Notes under the pieces: model-generated | What the model saw: the letters and a program-made list of their open reading frames with translations, nothing else | Databases searched by the model: none | What the model was told of the DNA's origin: nothing | Position numbers and translations under genes: made by a program | From: Candidatus Hydrogenedentota bacterium | Lineage (GTDB): Bacteria; Hydrogenedentota; Hydrogenedentia; Hydrogenedentales; JAEUWI01 | Reading direction: 5' to 3' | NCBI GenBank assembly: GCA_034669905.1 | Contig: JAXMOL010000008.1 | Coordinates: 1 to 64,000 of the forward strand | DNA length: 64,000 bases | Part shown: in pieces, positions 48,501 through 57,784 of the stretch | Layout: the number at the start of each line of letters is the position of its first letter | Numbering within the stretch: position 1 is the first letter of the stretch

Positions 48501-50964
48501 TGAATGGGAACTGGGCTTCGGGCTCAATCCCAACAGCGACGGTGGCGATGATGGCGCCCTCGGCGACCCTGATGAGGATGGGTTGAGTAACCTCGCCGAA
48601 TTCCTGCTCGGAACAGACCCGACCAATCCCGATGGCGATGGCGACGGCCTCCTGGATGGCCAGGAGGACACGAACAATGACGGCATGATAACGGATGCTG
48701 AGACCAGTCCGCTGAATCCCGATACGGACGACGACGACGTACCCGATGCCGTGGAGTGGTTCCTGGGAAGCAACGGAGCGGACCCCGATGACCGGCCCGA
48801 CTCGGGCATCTACCGTATCGACTACGGCACGTGGACACCGGGAGAATCAGGCACCGTGACGGTGGGCTTTTACCTCGCTGAAGCGGCATCGACGGCATTG
48901 CAGGTCAATCCAGACGGGGTGCAGAAGCAGGTTGCGGCGGAAGACTGGACGATGGGCTCGGAGGATGAAGGAGACGTTGTGCTTCGCGATGCCGGTGTGC
49001 ACGAAATCACCTATCAGCTGACGCCGTCGGTGGATGTTACGGCGACGACTGCCTATGGGACCTTTCGCTTCGAGTTGCGAGACAGCGAGGGTCTCGTGGA
49101 TGCCCGCACGGTCGTATTGGTGGCCGATCCCCTGGGCGCCTATGGGGGCGACGGAGTCAACACGGCCCAATCCCTGGCGGAAGCCTATGCGCCCGTGCTG
49201 CGCCTCCATCGGGATGCGGTATTCGCGCCCATTCCGGTAGAACTCAGTCTCGACACCGCCCGATTCGATATGGGAAATACCATGACCCTTCGCGTGGCAC
49301 CAAGGCCCATTGACCTCCATCAATCGCCCTATCTAGAAGCCCAGGTCGACCTGCCGGGAGAAGATACGGAAGCACTCTTTGCCGCCTACCCGGATGTGGA
49401 AGTGCGTCCCGCTCCCACCCTGTATTACACGGTGGCCGCCCTGGACAAAGAGAACGACCCGCCGCGCCAATTGGCCATCCAGTACTACCTCCACTTCTAC
49501 GCCGATGTGTGGGGGCTGGACCAACCCGGCGGCCATCGTCACGAAGGCGACTGGGAAGTATTTCAGGTCCTTATCAACGACGGACTGCCCTTCCAGGCCA
49601 CAGCAACCCAGCAAAGCCAACTGGCCGCCCTGGACGGGGAAGTCGCTGGAGGCGAGAGTCGCCCCTGGGAGGCCATCGAAGTCACGCCCGCGTCTCGCCC
49701 CATTGTGTATGTGGCGCACGGGAGTCACGCCCTCTACTTTGAGCCGGGTGCCACGGTCTTTGATGCCGGGCTGGACATCGGTGACGGTCTGGGATACTGG
49801 CTGCTTCCCGAAGGAGCTGACGGTCTCCTGAGCAGTACCGATTACCCGAATACGCTCGGAATTTCCCTAACCCCCCTGGGGCGGGCCCAAAGCGACGAGG
49901 CACCACGCTGGCTGCGCTTCGCGGGCCGTTGGGGGCAGTGGAACTATCCCATACCGGAAGCAGACAACCCGGCTCCCACGGTGAACGACGGCCCTCTGGG
50001 TCCCCTCTTCCTCGGCACGACGACCGATCCCCGGGACGAATCCGGGGTTCTACACGTCTGGTCAGACCCCCTCGCCTTTGCCACCCGCATGCCGAATAAC
50101 ACCGACTCCCGGGAATCAGAAATTCGCGTCCTCCTTCCCGAGTCTGTGTGGGGCGATACGGCGATGCTCCTGGATGCCCGGGGGCGCATTTTCTCCGCCG
50201 CCATCTCCGCCATCGACGGTAGCGTTGCCATTACGGCACCCGTGCAAAGCTATTTGTTCGGCGTGGTCGATTGGCCGACAGGAAGCCGCCCCACCCTTCG
50301 CGCCATGGCGCGCTTCAGGCTCTTCAACACCACGACGCCTGTCTTTCAGGCTACCGAGGGCGTAAGCGATTTGGGGACGCTCACCTTCGAAGATGGCTTC
50401 CTCGTCGGCGTGGGCAACTACGCGCTCCAGGACACCGATGGGGATAGCGTGAGCGACCATCTCGACCCCGATATGGACGGGGATGGCAAATTAAACACGG
50501 ACGACGACGACCTGCTGAACGACGGTTGGTCGGATGCCTATCATGCCCAGGACTCCGATGGGGACGGCGTGCCCGATTTCCTGGACGATGACGATGATGG
50601 AGACGACCTGATTGACGCCCTGGACCCAGACCGGGATGGCAATGGCATGGACGATGGGGACGACCCGGGCGACCAGGATGGCGATGGCTTCCTGGACGCG
50701 GTAGATCTCGATCGGGATAACGACGGCTTTACCGATGCGGAGGAGCGGTCGGCGGGGAGCAATCCCCTCCACTATCTCGATACCCCCTTGCAGCAGGTGG
50801 GCGATTTGGATGGCGATGGCGATGTGGACGCTGCCGATGGCCAACAACTGGTCAACCAGGCCTTGGGCCGGGCGCCCTACGATGCCCGGCTGGACTATAA
50901 TCTGAACGGCACAATTGATGCCGTCGACCTCCAGCTGCTGATCGACGACATTCTACACCCCTAA
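45511..50964 (+). CDS. Giant secreted protein (~1817 aa): BACON/Ig-like repeats, propeller-like region, TSP3-like Ca-binding repeats, Vps62/DUF946-like domain, C-terminal dockerin-like domain
   Basis: W..SSNVSWLTL..SEG.G repeats; many DxDGDG motifs; YAPVLRLH..IQYY..HEGDWE..P.VYVA.GSHA.Y..W..F.GRWG..GP.GP; GDLDGDGDVDAAD..DYNLNGTIDAVD. Confidence 0.8.
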   Translation: MYRCTLLRTRGSLLLLSVRIALVLACFQGAQSAPKQATDTSTVEGQYFAHDMFERYTDGQELGRGFRTYNPNNQMTRLFTYPVSTPLDYEVATNGSYRLYTDTFDGGFGGSIGLAGGLTVFSQESAPNADPQVPDGFASLQLSVRQGSGMNDSAFDGSYSYHALLRDDDGTYRTSFGAANANGGGAYFLIRESAIVRTFSYDVVSDGRIDLGPQEPNFAAVVPGGDVVVNTATYDNGDDPEAPDGYTGLALYLRRFPDNDATYTDFRGTYRIHQLSSDGSTTPRSEVGTITAGGGGYFFGTLDGLDYSGQIQLNTTGTFTLVDSTAYQGTLSAAGDIAVLTTTGSTTPTLTLWVRTAGGPGNARDEDGDGVPDSEEGALGTAIDNPDTDGDGLLDNTDTRPTIADNVVAATLSESRVVFESDGPTSAELTLTLDSDDFPFFDWTLSSNVSWLTLDRSEGFGDDTITLRINAANLTIEDSPYVATIDLVAPNMAPVTPLSLTVEIATTQVDLLVSPETLSLAAIEGGPLVSATVSLSSPDGDDFSWESDGVPTWLTVTPPEGVGPTEVTLTVDPTELVVANTPYTTTITFRPDFAGPKSATVSLTVDVLPPREIDVPFPLFPGESAQTGPAVAFDPTTGQWLATWVEEEAIWLLILDETLLPFGDPVQLSGDFFGIADNPAIVLVDDAREAWVIWEQRQSPTDDAILQVRPIDLTDRSLGNRFGFTTASGDKSTPSATYNAVTNEVLVTYDLEFADQAFVGQARIDGTTREERGTGFAATNDHHQSRPAVAWLADSNRYLVVWREIIPGEEADVIQIRAARLDGDTGEILGEILVVDEEAPNAAHLRVSAATGLGSWTVTWSEASLTSLPARLQSRAVTADGLIGTRYTLDTTQRAIPPVEMAYNPASRLGTILWTRAPGEEGDVAVYQYTSGQGQPLGDPVSLPDMPRSASSAAVGANPNDNEILLVWEDPATIPRQLRALRISGGSDDVDGDGLPNEWELGFGLNPNSDGGDDGALGDPDEDGLSNLAEFLLGTDPTNPDGDGDGLLDGQEDTNNDGMITDAETSPLNPDTDDDDVPDAVEWFLGSNGADPDDRPDSGIYRIDYGTWTPGESGTVTVGFYLAEAASTALQVNPDGVQKQVAAEDWTMGSEDEGDVVLRDAGVHEITYQLTPSVDVTATTAYGTFRFELRDSEGLVDARTVVLVADPLGAYGGDGVNTAQSLAEAYAPVLRLHRDAVFAPIPVELSLDTARFDMGNTMTLRVAPRPIDLHQSPYLEAQVDLPGEDTEALFAAYPDVEVRPAPTLYYTVAALDKENDPPRQLAIQYYLHFYADVWGLDQPGGHRHEGDWEVFQVLINDGLPFQATATQQSQLAALDGEVAGGESRPWEAIEVTPASRPIVYVAHGSHALYFEPGATVFDAGLDIGDGLGYWLLPEGADGLLSSTDYPNTLGISLTPLGRAQSDEAPRWLRFAGRWGQWNYPIPEADNPAPTVNDGPLGPLFLGTTTDPRDESGVLHVWSDPLAFATRMPNNTDSRESEIRVLLPESVWGDTAMLLDARGRIFSAAISAIDGSVAITAPVQSYLFGVVDWPTGSRPTLRAMARFRLFNTTTPVFQATEGVSDLGTLTFEDGFLVGVGNYALQDTDGDSVSDHLDPDMDGDGKLNTDDDDLLNDGWSDAYHAQDSDGDGVPDFLDDDDDGDDLIDALDPDRDGNGMDDGDDPGDQDGDGFLDAVDLDRDNDGFTDAEERSAGSNPLHYLDTPLQQVGDLDGDGDVDAADGQQLVNQALGRAPYDARLDYNLNGTIDAVDLQLLIDDILHP

Positions 50965-50970
50965 ACGAAA

Positions 50971-51004
50971 ATCGGTGTCCGAATCCAAGGATTCGGACAC
51001 CGAT
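50971..51004. terminator. Perfect 16-bp inverted repeat between convergent genes
   Basis: ATCGGTGTCCGAATCC-AA-GGATTCGGACACCGAT, with a T-tract on the minus strand. Confidence 0.75.
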
Positions 51005-51031
51005 ACAACTATTAAAACGTGGGGAGAGTGA

Positions 51032-51250
51032 TCAGGGACCAACCGCTTCGGGTTCGGGCAGTTTGCGTACTTCGCCTTTTGCCAGAATCTGTTCCGAACG
51101 GTCGTAGAGAACGAACTTTTTTGCCCCTTCTTCCCGGGCATCATCCTCAACGACACCGACCATGGAGTCACGCCATCCTTGCATGTCTTCCATGTCCCAG
51201 CGATTCTGCTGTTTCGCCGTCAAGGTATACCGGTAGATCTTTCGTGCCAT
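51032..51250 (-). CDS. Small hypothetical protein (72 aa)
   Basis: AGGAG RBS, ATG start, terminator downstream. Confidence 0.7.
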   Translation of the reverse strand: MARKIYRYTLTAKQQNRWDMEDMQGWRDSMVGVVEDDAREEGAKKFVLYDRSEQILAKGEVRKLPEPEAVGP

Positions 51251-51533
51251 GTCGAAGCTCCTGAAGTAACGCGATTAGACCACGGAACGCGGCAAATCGC
51301 ACCTGTTGGTAAATGGGCCCCGCAGTAGCGTGATGCCACCCGTACTACTTCTCGTATTATAGCAGCGCAGCCCGTTTTTTTACAATATAATAGCGCGACG
51401 CTCACAAAAGTTCCCTCAAAGCGATTTTTTCGGAACCCTGGCGGGCGGGGGTATATTAGACTTGGAGACAGGTTGCTGTTCAGACGGGCAGCAACACCAT
51501 AATACAGATAAAAACACCACAGAAAGCCACGTT

Positions 51534-53645
51534 TTGTCAATAAATTACCTCCTTACTGGAAAAGCGTTTGCGCTGGTCACCCTCCTTCTCGTGGGCACCT
51601 TCACGGGGGCCGCCGCACCGGAATACCGCCCGGAAAAGGCCAAACGGGCCCTGAACACCGATCAGTACAGCCTCTCGATTCAGAAGAATAATCGGGTCGA
51701 CATCCATCTGTTCGATGGATTTCCCGTCCTGATTGGGGCCTACCCCAGCATCACGACCGTCGAAAAAGGTACCCGCCCCCTTAAGGTCGTCTACAACAAG
51801 AGCAGCCGGGTAAGCGTGCGAAATGCCCTGGGCCGGGGAAACGGCTTTCAGTTTAGAACGGATGAATGCGATTGGGTAATCGCGGTCTATCCCGGACAAC
51901 CGTTCGTCACCGCGACCCTGACCTATACCAACGCCGGGCGCAAACCGGTCCAGGTGACGGCCCTGTCCCCCTGGGATATTGGCGGCAAAGGCAAAGGAAA
52001 GCTCTTCGTCGGCCGGGAGGGCGGCGATCAAACCGTGCTGATGGGGAGTGCGTCGCGTGATAGCCCCAGTGGTACACGGACCCATGGTGAGGCGGAAAGT
52101 CCGGGGCACCTTTCTGCCTGGAACCCCACTTCGCAGGAAGGGATTGTCGCCGGATTTCTCGGGCAATCGGAGCACCCGTCGTTTGTGACCTTGCGCGACT
52201 CAGGGGAAGATAATGGGGCCGTTTTCGGGCGCTTTCAGGCCCGGACTTCCTTTGAGCCGCCCATCACCCTCGGCCCCGGGGAATCGTTGCAGGCGGACGT
52301 GTTCTATCTCGCCTTTGGCGAGCGCGATGCGGCAGAAGGCCTGGAACGATTCATCGGCGCAGCCCGCAAGATGGCGCCCTTTCCTCAGCTGTCGGAACGG
52401 TTCTACCGCGGCTGGAATGCGGGGGCGCGCCCGGATATCGATGCGGAAACCATCCGTCTTGTCATGGAGGGCCTTTCCAGCACAGCACGGCAACGGGGAT
52501 GGGGACACGTTCATCTGGGCACGGCCTGGATGGCGAATCCAACCTCCCTCACCCGGGATCAGGAACGCTTCCCCCAGGAACTTTCGGAGTTGACCGCCCA
52601 TGGCCACGCCCTGGGACTTACCGTGGGCCTGACGGTCCCCGTGGGCGTCGTGGATGAAGCGGCGACCGCCGCTTTCATCCGCCGCTGTCAGGCGGAGGGG
52701 ATGGACAGCATCGAGTTGGCCCCAGACGATTCGCACGGTGCCCGACTGGCCGTGCGCGCCCTGTACACGACCCTGGCGGCGTCCGGAATCGGGGAAACAT
52801 CCCTGCCCCCGGTGGTGCGCGCCCCTTCTCCCGTCCCGCTGCCCTTCGGCGCCATTGGCCCGGCCTCCCGGGCCTACTACCTTCCCATTTCCGGCGATCC
52901 CCTGCTGGCGGCCCCCGGTCTACGCCAGGAAGTGGACTTGGCCGGGCTGAACGATGAGCAGTTTATTACGGAGGTCACCCGCACGGCGCTCCTGAACCAA
53001 CCGCTCCGCACGGCGCTGCCCTTTTCCGCCCAAACACCCTTTCGGCAGGCCGTGCTCGGTCGCGTGGGGCTGTCGGGCGCCAGATCGGCGCGCCCCATCG
53101 ATTTGTTGGGCGACACGCCGCCGGACGTATGGTACCTGCCCCTTAAATCCTCGGCAGGCAGCTGGACCATTACGGGCCTCTTTAACTGGGGGGCTGGGCC
53201 AGACCACGTGCTCCAAATGCCCCTGGACCGCCTTGGCCTCAACCATAGCGTGCGCTATACCGTCTACGATTATTGGGCGGGCCAGTATCTGGGGCTGATT
53301 CAGGATACGTTGAAAGTCGAAGTGCCGACGGATGGGGTCCGTCTGCTGGGGCTGCGCTACGCAGAGCAACGCCCCATGCTGGTGGCTTCCAACCGGGACT
53401 TCACCCAGGGCGCACGGGACCAGGGCGAAATCACGTGGGACCACGCGACCCAGACCCTTTCCGGCAGCATGGAGGGAGTGGGCGACTTCATGCATTTGCT
53501 CACCTTCTACGTACCGGAACCCTACGTCTTGAAATCCGTCGAGGCCAGTGAAAAGGTGTTGACACAGGTCACCGATGGACCTTCGATAAAGATTGGTTTT
53601 CGTCCCAGCCTTCGGGGCGAAATCCGGTGGCGCCTGTCTTTCTAA
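51534..53645 (+). CDS. Secreted GH36/GH27 alpha-galactosidase-like protein with eroded catalytic barrel
   Basis: Beta-supersandwich N-domain (LGPGESLQAD), RGWN, D.ERFP..L....H..GL..GL, ARPIDL, GLFNW, VYDYWAGQYLG; start uncertain. Confidence 0.65.
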   Translation: MSINYLLTGKAFALVTLLLVGTFTGAAAPEYRPEKAKRALNTDQYSLSIQKNNRVDIHLFDGFPVLIGAYPSITTVEKGTRPLKVVYNKSSRVSVRNALGRGNGFQFRTDECDWVIAVYPGQPFVTATLTYTNAGRKPVQVTALSPWDIGGKGKGKLFVGREGGDQTVLMGSASRDSPSGTRTHGEAESPGHLSAWNPTSQEGIVAGFLGQSEHPSFVTLRDSGEDNGAVFGRFQARTSFEPPITLGPGESLQADVFYLAFGERDAAEGLERFIGAARKMAPFPQLSERFYRGWNAGARPDIDAETIRLVMEGLSSTARQRGWGHVHLGTAWMANPTSLTRDQERFPQELSELTAHGHALGLTVGLTVPVGVVDEAATAAFIRRCQAEGMDSIELAPDDSHGARLAVRALYTTLAASGIGETSLPPVVRAPSPVPLPFGAIGPASRAYYLPISGDPLLAAPGLRQEVDLAGLNDEQFITEVTRTALLNQPLRTALPFSAQTPFRQAVLGRVGLSGARSARPIDLLGDTPPDVWYLPLKSSAGSWTITGLFNWGAGPDHVLQMPLDRLGLNHSVRYTVYDYWAGQYLGLIQDTLKVEVPTDGVRLLGLRYAEQRPMLVASNRDFTQGARDQGEITWDHATQTLSGSMEGVGDFMHLLTFYVPEPYVLKSVEASEKVLTQVTDGPSIKIGFRPSLRGEIRWRLSF

Positions 53646-53788
53646 CGCTTAACTTGCTTGGGAAGTGGGGTCTGGCCATGAGCGAACACACACCGGGCCG
53701 GAGGGGAGCGTGTACCCGGATCCAATGACCTGGCGGCAAGGCAGCGCCCCATCCACATCGTGCAGACCACCCCGACGGTGGCCTGGCC

Positions 53789-56233
53789 TTACTTGATGAC
53801 CGTGCGGGTAATCCCCTCCCGAGCGGGTTGTACCGGCCCAAGCTTCTCGTTGAGGGCCGCGACTGCTGCGCCCGTTGCACCGCGTTTTTCCGCTTCGCTC
53901 AAGAGGGCCCGGGCCTGACTCTTGTCGCCCACGGCGAAAGCCATATCGGCAAGCCGTAAAAAGGCTTCCGGGCGGTCCGGGTAGGCCGTCTGTGCCGTCT
54001 TGAGGAATCCAGCGGCCAGATTGGGCTGGTTCAGCGCCATGGCAATATCGGCGAGGGCGATTTCCGGCAGGGCCTGGGGCGTTACCTTGGGTGCTGCATA
54101 GCGAATATAGGCCTCCGCCGCATCCCAAACTCCCGAAGCGCCACAGCGGGTGGCCAGTTGCGTCCAGGCATCCCAATTGTTGGCTTGTTGCCCGCCCCAC
54201 TCGGCCAGGAAATTCTCGGCCCCTTCCAGGCGGGCACTGGTCAAGCCGAGCAGGGTCCAGGCGCCTGGATTGTTCGGTTCAACCGTCATGGCGAGCTGGA
54301 GCATGTAAAAGGCACTGAGCACGCGGCCTTCCATCAGATTGCGTTGGGCCTGGACTACGAGCAGGGCGGCTGACTGAGGCGCGTTCCGCTGAATTTCTTC
54401 GGCCTGGGCGCGCAGGGCAGCGGTCTGCTCTGCCAATTGGCGATAGGGGGCCAACTGGGCCTCCAGGGCCTCGTTCGGGTTGTTTTTCAGCACCCCTTCC
54501 AGGAGCGGCAGCCCCCGGTTGATATCCCCCATGCTGGCGGCCAACATGCCGTAACGTTCTTGCGCCGGAATCGGCAGGGGGCCTAGTTTATCGGCCCGCT
54601 CCAATGCACGGAGGGCCTCAATGAAAAATTCCTGATCACTGGCCTGACGCCCTTGCTGCTCGGCTGCATAGGCAATATAGAGCGCCACCTCCTGATCCAC
54701 GGGAAGGCGGAGCGCGGCCAGCCGCAGGTGCTCCAGCGCCTGCTCGAATTCCTTTTGTTCCAGGGACAACAAGCCGAGGTACTTGCGGGCATCGCCGTTC
54801 TGCGGTTCCAGATCCAGCACCTGGGTCCAGGCGGCAATTCCCTGACTGATGCGGCCGCGCCTTGCCTCCGTATCACCCTCAGACTGCACCAGTTGGGCCA
54901 CGAGAAAACGACCGATTGCCTCTGGTGGCTCGACCGACCCGGGCTGTTTCTCCTGTTCCGCTGCCCACAGTTCGAGGGGACGGGTCCACAGCCCACTACG
55001 CTGCATGGAGAGTCCGGCGAGGACTAAGATAAGGACCGCGGCCACGGCACCGCCAATCAGTCGGGTCCGCTCCTTGCCGACGAACTGAAGCAACCAGGGA
55101 ACGATGATGCAGAAACCCGCCCAGGGGAAATAGAGGTAGCGGGTCGGCCCGACTTCGTCCGTCAGCCCGTAGCGCACCGCACCGAGCACGGCGAGGAGTA
55201 TCCAGCATCCCAGCATGGCGGGAAGTCGCTTCCAGACCAGCCCGACGGCAATGGCTGCCAGGAGGAGGAGCAGGCCGAGCGCGCCGGTCACCAGTCCGCC
55301 CGAAACGGGCAGGAGGTCGTAGTTGGTGGGTACCAGCCCGTAATAGAGCCCTGCCCCCAACTGGGCCAACAGTGCGCTGGGGCCGCCCTGGGCACCGTGT
55401 TCCAACATGCCCGAGGCATTCCCTGTCACCCAGAGGAACAGGGTGGTCAGGAGCAGCACCGACGCGACGACGCCCCGGTAATCCCGAATACTGGCGCCAC
55501 TATCGCCACGAAGATAGAGGAGGATGATCCCGATCAGGGGATAGGTCAACGCGGCCGCGTCACTACCGAAGGCAAGCGCAAAGCACAGTACGGCGCCGGA
55601 AAGGGACATGATACGGTTGGCCTGTGGCGGGCATGCCCGTAGTAACAGGAGCAGCCCCGACAGACCGAAGAAGGAAGACTGGAGTACGGGTCGGGCCACC
55701 AGGTAGTTCACACTCTCCGTGGCCAGGGGGTGCACGACAAAGAGCATCCCCGCGATCATGGAAATGGCCTCAGGCGTGCGGGGTTCGAGGAGGCGACGGG
55801 CGATCAGAAACACCAGCACCCCGCAAAGCAGATGAAGCAGAATGCTGCCGCCATGGAGGTAGTCGACATTGCCGCCTCCGAGACCGGCATTGAGGGCCAG
55901 GCCTATCACGGCAAGGGGCGCGGTGGGAAAATCGGCCACCGCTTCGGGCGATGTCACGAGTCGGGCCACCGGCGAATCGCCGCCCAGCACCGTGAGGTCA
56001 GCGCCGTGAAGTGGAATGCTGAATGCGAAGAGATACACGACGAACCCAAGGGCCGCAATCAGGAATGCGCTAATCCACACCTGCGCCGTCTCGGTCCCTT
56101 CATCGCCTTTGAGAACCCCGGAAGCCACCTGGGCATCGAGGCCCGCGTTACCGGTGCTTTCCCCGGCCTGCGCTTCCGCTTCGGACTTAGTTTCTGTCGA
56201 CTCTTGCTCGTTGTTCAACGCACCGTACTCCAT
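53789..56233 (-). CDS. TMTC-like GT-C membrane protein with C-terminal TPR repeats
   Basis: H..SILLHLL, LFVVHPLATESVNYLVAR, RYLYFP, R...W.....LW, followed by TPRs. Confidence 0.75.
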   Translation of the reverse strand: MEYGALNNEQESTETKSEAEAQAGESTGNAGLDAQVASGVLKGDEGTETAQVWISAFLIAALGFVVYLFAFSIPLHGADLTVLGGDSPVARLVTSPEAVADFPTAPLAVIGLALNAGLGGGNVDYLHGGSILLHLLCGVLVFLIARRLLEPRTPEAISMIAGMLFVVHPLATESVNYLVARPVLQSSFFGLSGLLLLLRACPPQANRIMSLSGAVLCFALAFGSDAAALTYPLIGIILLYLRGDSGASIRDYRGVVASVLLLTTLFLWVTGNASGMLEHGAQGGPSALLAQLGAGLYYGLVPTNYDLLPVSGGLVTGALGLLLLLAAIAVGLVWKRLPAMLGCWILLAVLGAVRYGLTDEVGPTRYLYFPWAGFCIIVPWLLQFVGKERTRLIGGAVAAVLILVLAGLSMQRSGLWTRPLELWAAEQEKQPGSVEPPEAIGRFLVAQLVQSEGDTEARRGRISQGIAAWTQVLDLEPQNGDARKYLGLLSLEQKEFEQALEHLRLAALRLPVDQEVALYIAYAAEQQGRQASDQEFFIEALRALERADKLGPLPIPAQERYGMLAASMGDINRGLPLLEGVLKNNPNEALEAQLAPYRQLAEQTAALRAQAEEIQRNAPQSAALLVVQAQRNLMEGRVLSAFYMLQLAMTVEPNNPGAWTLLGLTSARLEGAENFLAEWGGQQANNWDAWTQLATRCGASGVWDAAEAYIRYAAPKVTPQALPEIALADIAMALNQPNLAAGFLKTAQTAYPDRPEAFLRLADMAFAVGDKSQARALLSEAEKRGATGAAVAALNEKLGPVQPAREGITRTVIK

Positions 56234-56314
56234 TGCCGTTTAAGACTGAAACGCGATTATAGGCGACTTGGACCCGCGCATGGAAATAGGTGGCCGCCCC
56301 ACTACCGCGCCGTG

Positions 56315-57742
56315 TCAGGTGCGGCGAGGCCGGGTTTGCACGTAGACGAGCCCGAGGGTGCCCAGGAATAGGAGGGCGAAACCGAGCGCGACGCTCCAGG
56401 TGCCGGCACGACGGCGGGCCGTCAACACCACATCCTCACCGGAGCCCACGTGTTGTCCTTCCCAGGTAAATTCCCAGTTGCCGAGCTGGTGGGTAGCACC
56501 CGGTGGCAGCGTGAAGGTATCTACCTCTTCTCCCGCGGCATTCAAAGCGGCCAGGTGCAGGCTCAGCTCGGGTGCCTGCGGATGTCTGCGGTACTCCAGT
56601 CGGAGGGTGTCGGAAGTGTGGACAATGCCCTCCCGCAGTTGGAGTGTCCTGTCTCCGTGCCGCAGCACCAGCGCCGACAGCCCGCCTGTGGCGTGGGGCA
56701 AGGGTACCGCCCGGGACATGAGTTGCTCCAGGCGAAGATATCCGCCGTGGGAAAAATTCCACTGCCCTCCCGCCGAGAGTGCGGTGGTGACCGGAAGGGC
56801 ACTGTCCTCCAGGCACTGCACGAGGGCCCGATCTTCGTCCCAACCATGCAAGCGCACCACACGGGGGGCGCCGGACGGATCCTGATAGTAGTAGGGACCC
56901 GGGTCCCCCACTGCATTCCTCGGGACCGCTACGCGGGTAACCTTTTCGCCGCCCACCTGCAGGGTAATGGCGCTACCATCCGCTTCCCGACCGACATAGC
57001 GTACCTGGGTACCATCCCGTAGCGTGAGGCCACTTCCCGGCGTCAGACTCTGCAGCCATTGGACCGCGGCGCCATCTCGCACGCCCCATCGGGCTTCCGC
57101 CCCGAGCGCTTCCCGCCCTGTGCGGGCCGCCTGCTCCGCTTCGGCTTCGGTCTCATGCCATTGAAACTGCAAGGCGGTCTGTCCGTCGGGGTAATACCAG
57201 GCATCCTGTTCCAGAAAGAGCGCCGTGCCCGGCTTCGATGCATCGGTCGCCCACGCGAGATAGGCCAGGGGGCGTCCCCGTTCGTGGCGCACGAGCCCCT
57301 CCCAGGGCACAAGCTCCTCCACCACCAGCATGGAATCACCCACAGGGATGGTATTACCCGGGACGACCGGATGGACCACTGGGCCGTCGGGCCCGTGAAT
57401 AACAAGCTCGTGTTCGTCTTCGGATTCGTGCAGGAGTTCGTGGCGGTCCAGCCGAAGCCCCAGGGGCATGACGGCCCCGTCATAGGTCTCGTCTGGATCC
57501 AGAAACCGGAGGGCCCTGGAGTTATCGAGGGGCAGCAAATCCGGGCTGAGATTACGGTGGGGCCCCACGCTGAAGTGGTCGGGATTGTGGGGCGTGATTA
57601 CGGTGTGCTCGGTCACCCCCGTCGACAGAAAAATTTTTCCGCCGGTCGTCTGAAGCTGGAAATAGAGTATTCCGCCAATGAGCGCCAGAAAAAGGAGGTA
57701 CAGGAAAGAAACCCAGCGGCGTGTGTTGATTCGTGAAGCCAT
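56315..57742 (-). CDS. Membrane protein with large periplasmic domain, ResB-like topology
   Basis: N-terminal TM; C-terminal G.W.V..GF.LL.LG TM; PLGLRLDR. Confidence 0.5.
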   Translation of the reverse strand: MASRINTRRWVSFLYLLFLALIGGILYFQLQTTGGKIFLSTGVTEHTVITPHNPDHFSVGPHRNLSPDLLPLDNSRALRFLDPDETYDGAVMPLGLRLDRHELLHESEDEHELVIHGPDGPVVHPVVPGNTIPVGDSMLVVEELVPWEGLVRHERGRPLAYLAWATDASKPGTALFLEQDAWYYPDGQTALQFQWHETEAEAEQAARTGREALGAEARWGVRDGAAVQWLQSLTPGSGLTLRDGTQVRYVGREADGSAITLQVGGEKVTRVAVPRNAVGDPGPYYYQDPSGAPRVVRLHGWDEDRALVQCLEDSALPVTTALSAGGQWNFSHGGYLRLEQLMSRAVPLPHATGGLSALVLRHGDRTLQLREGIVHTSDTLRLEYRRHPQAPELSLHLAALNAAGEEVDTFTLPPGATHQLGNWEFTWEGQHVGSGEDVVLTARRRAGTWSVALGFALLFLGTLGLVYVQTRPRRT

Positions 57743-57784
57743 GGGAACAGTATGCCCTGCGCTTGACCTGCGTTGCGAGGCCGC

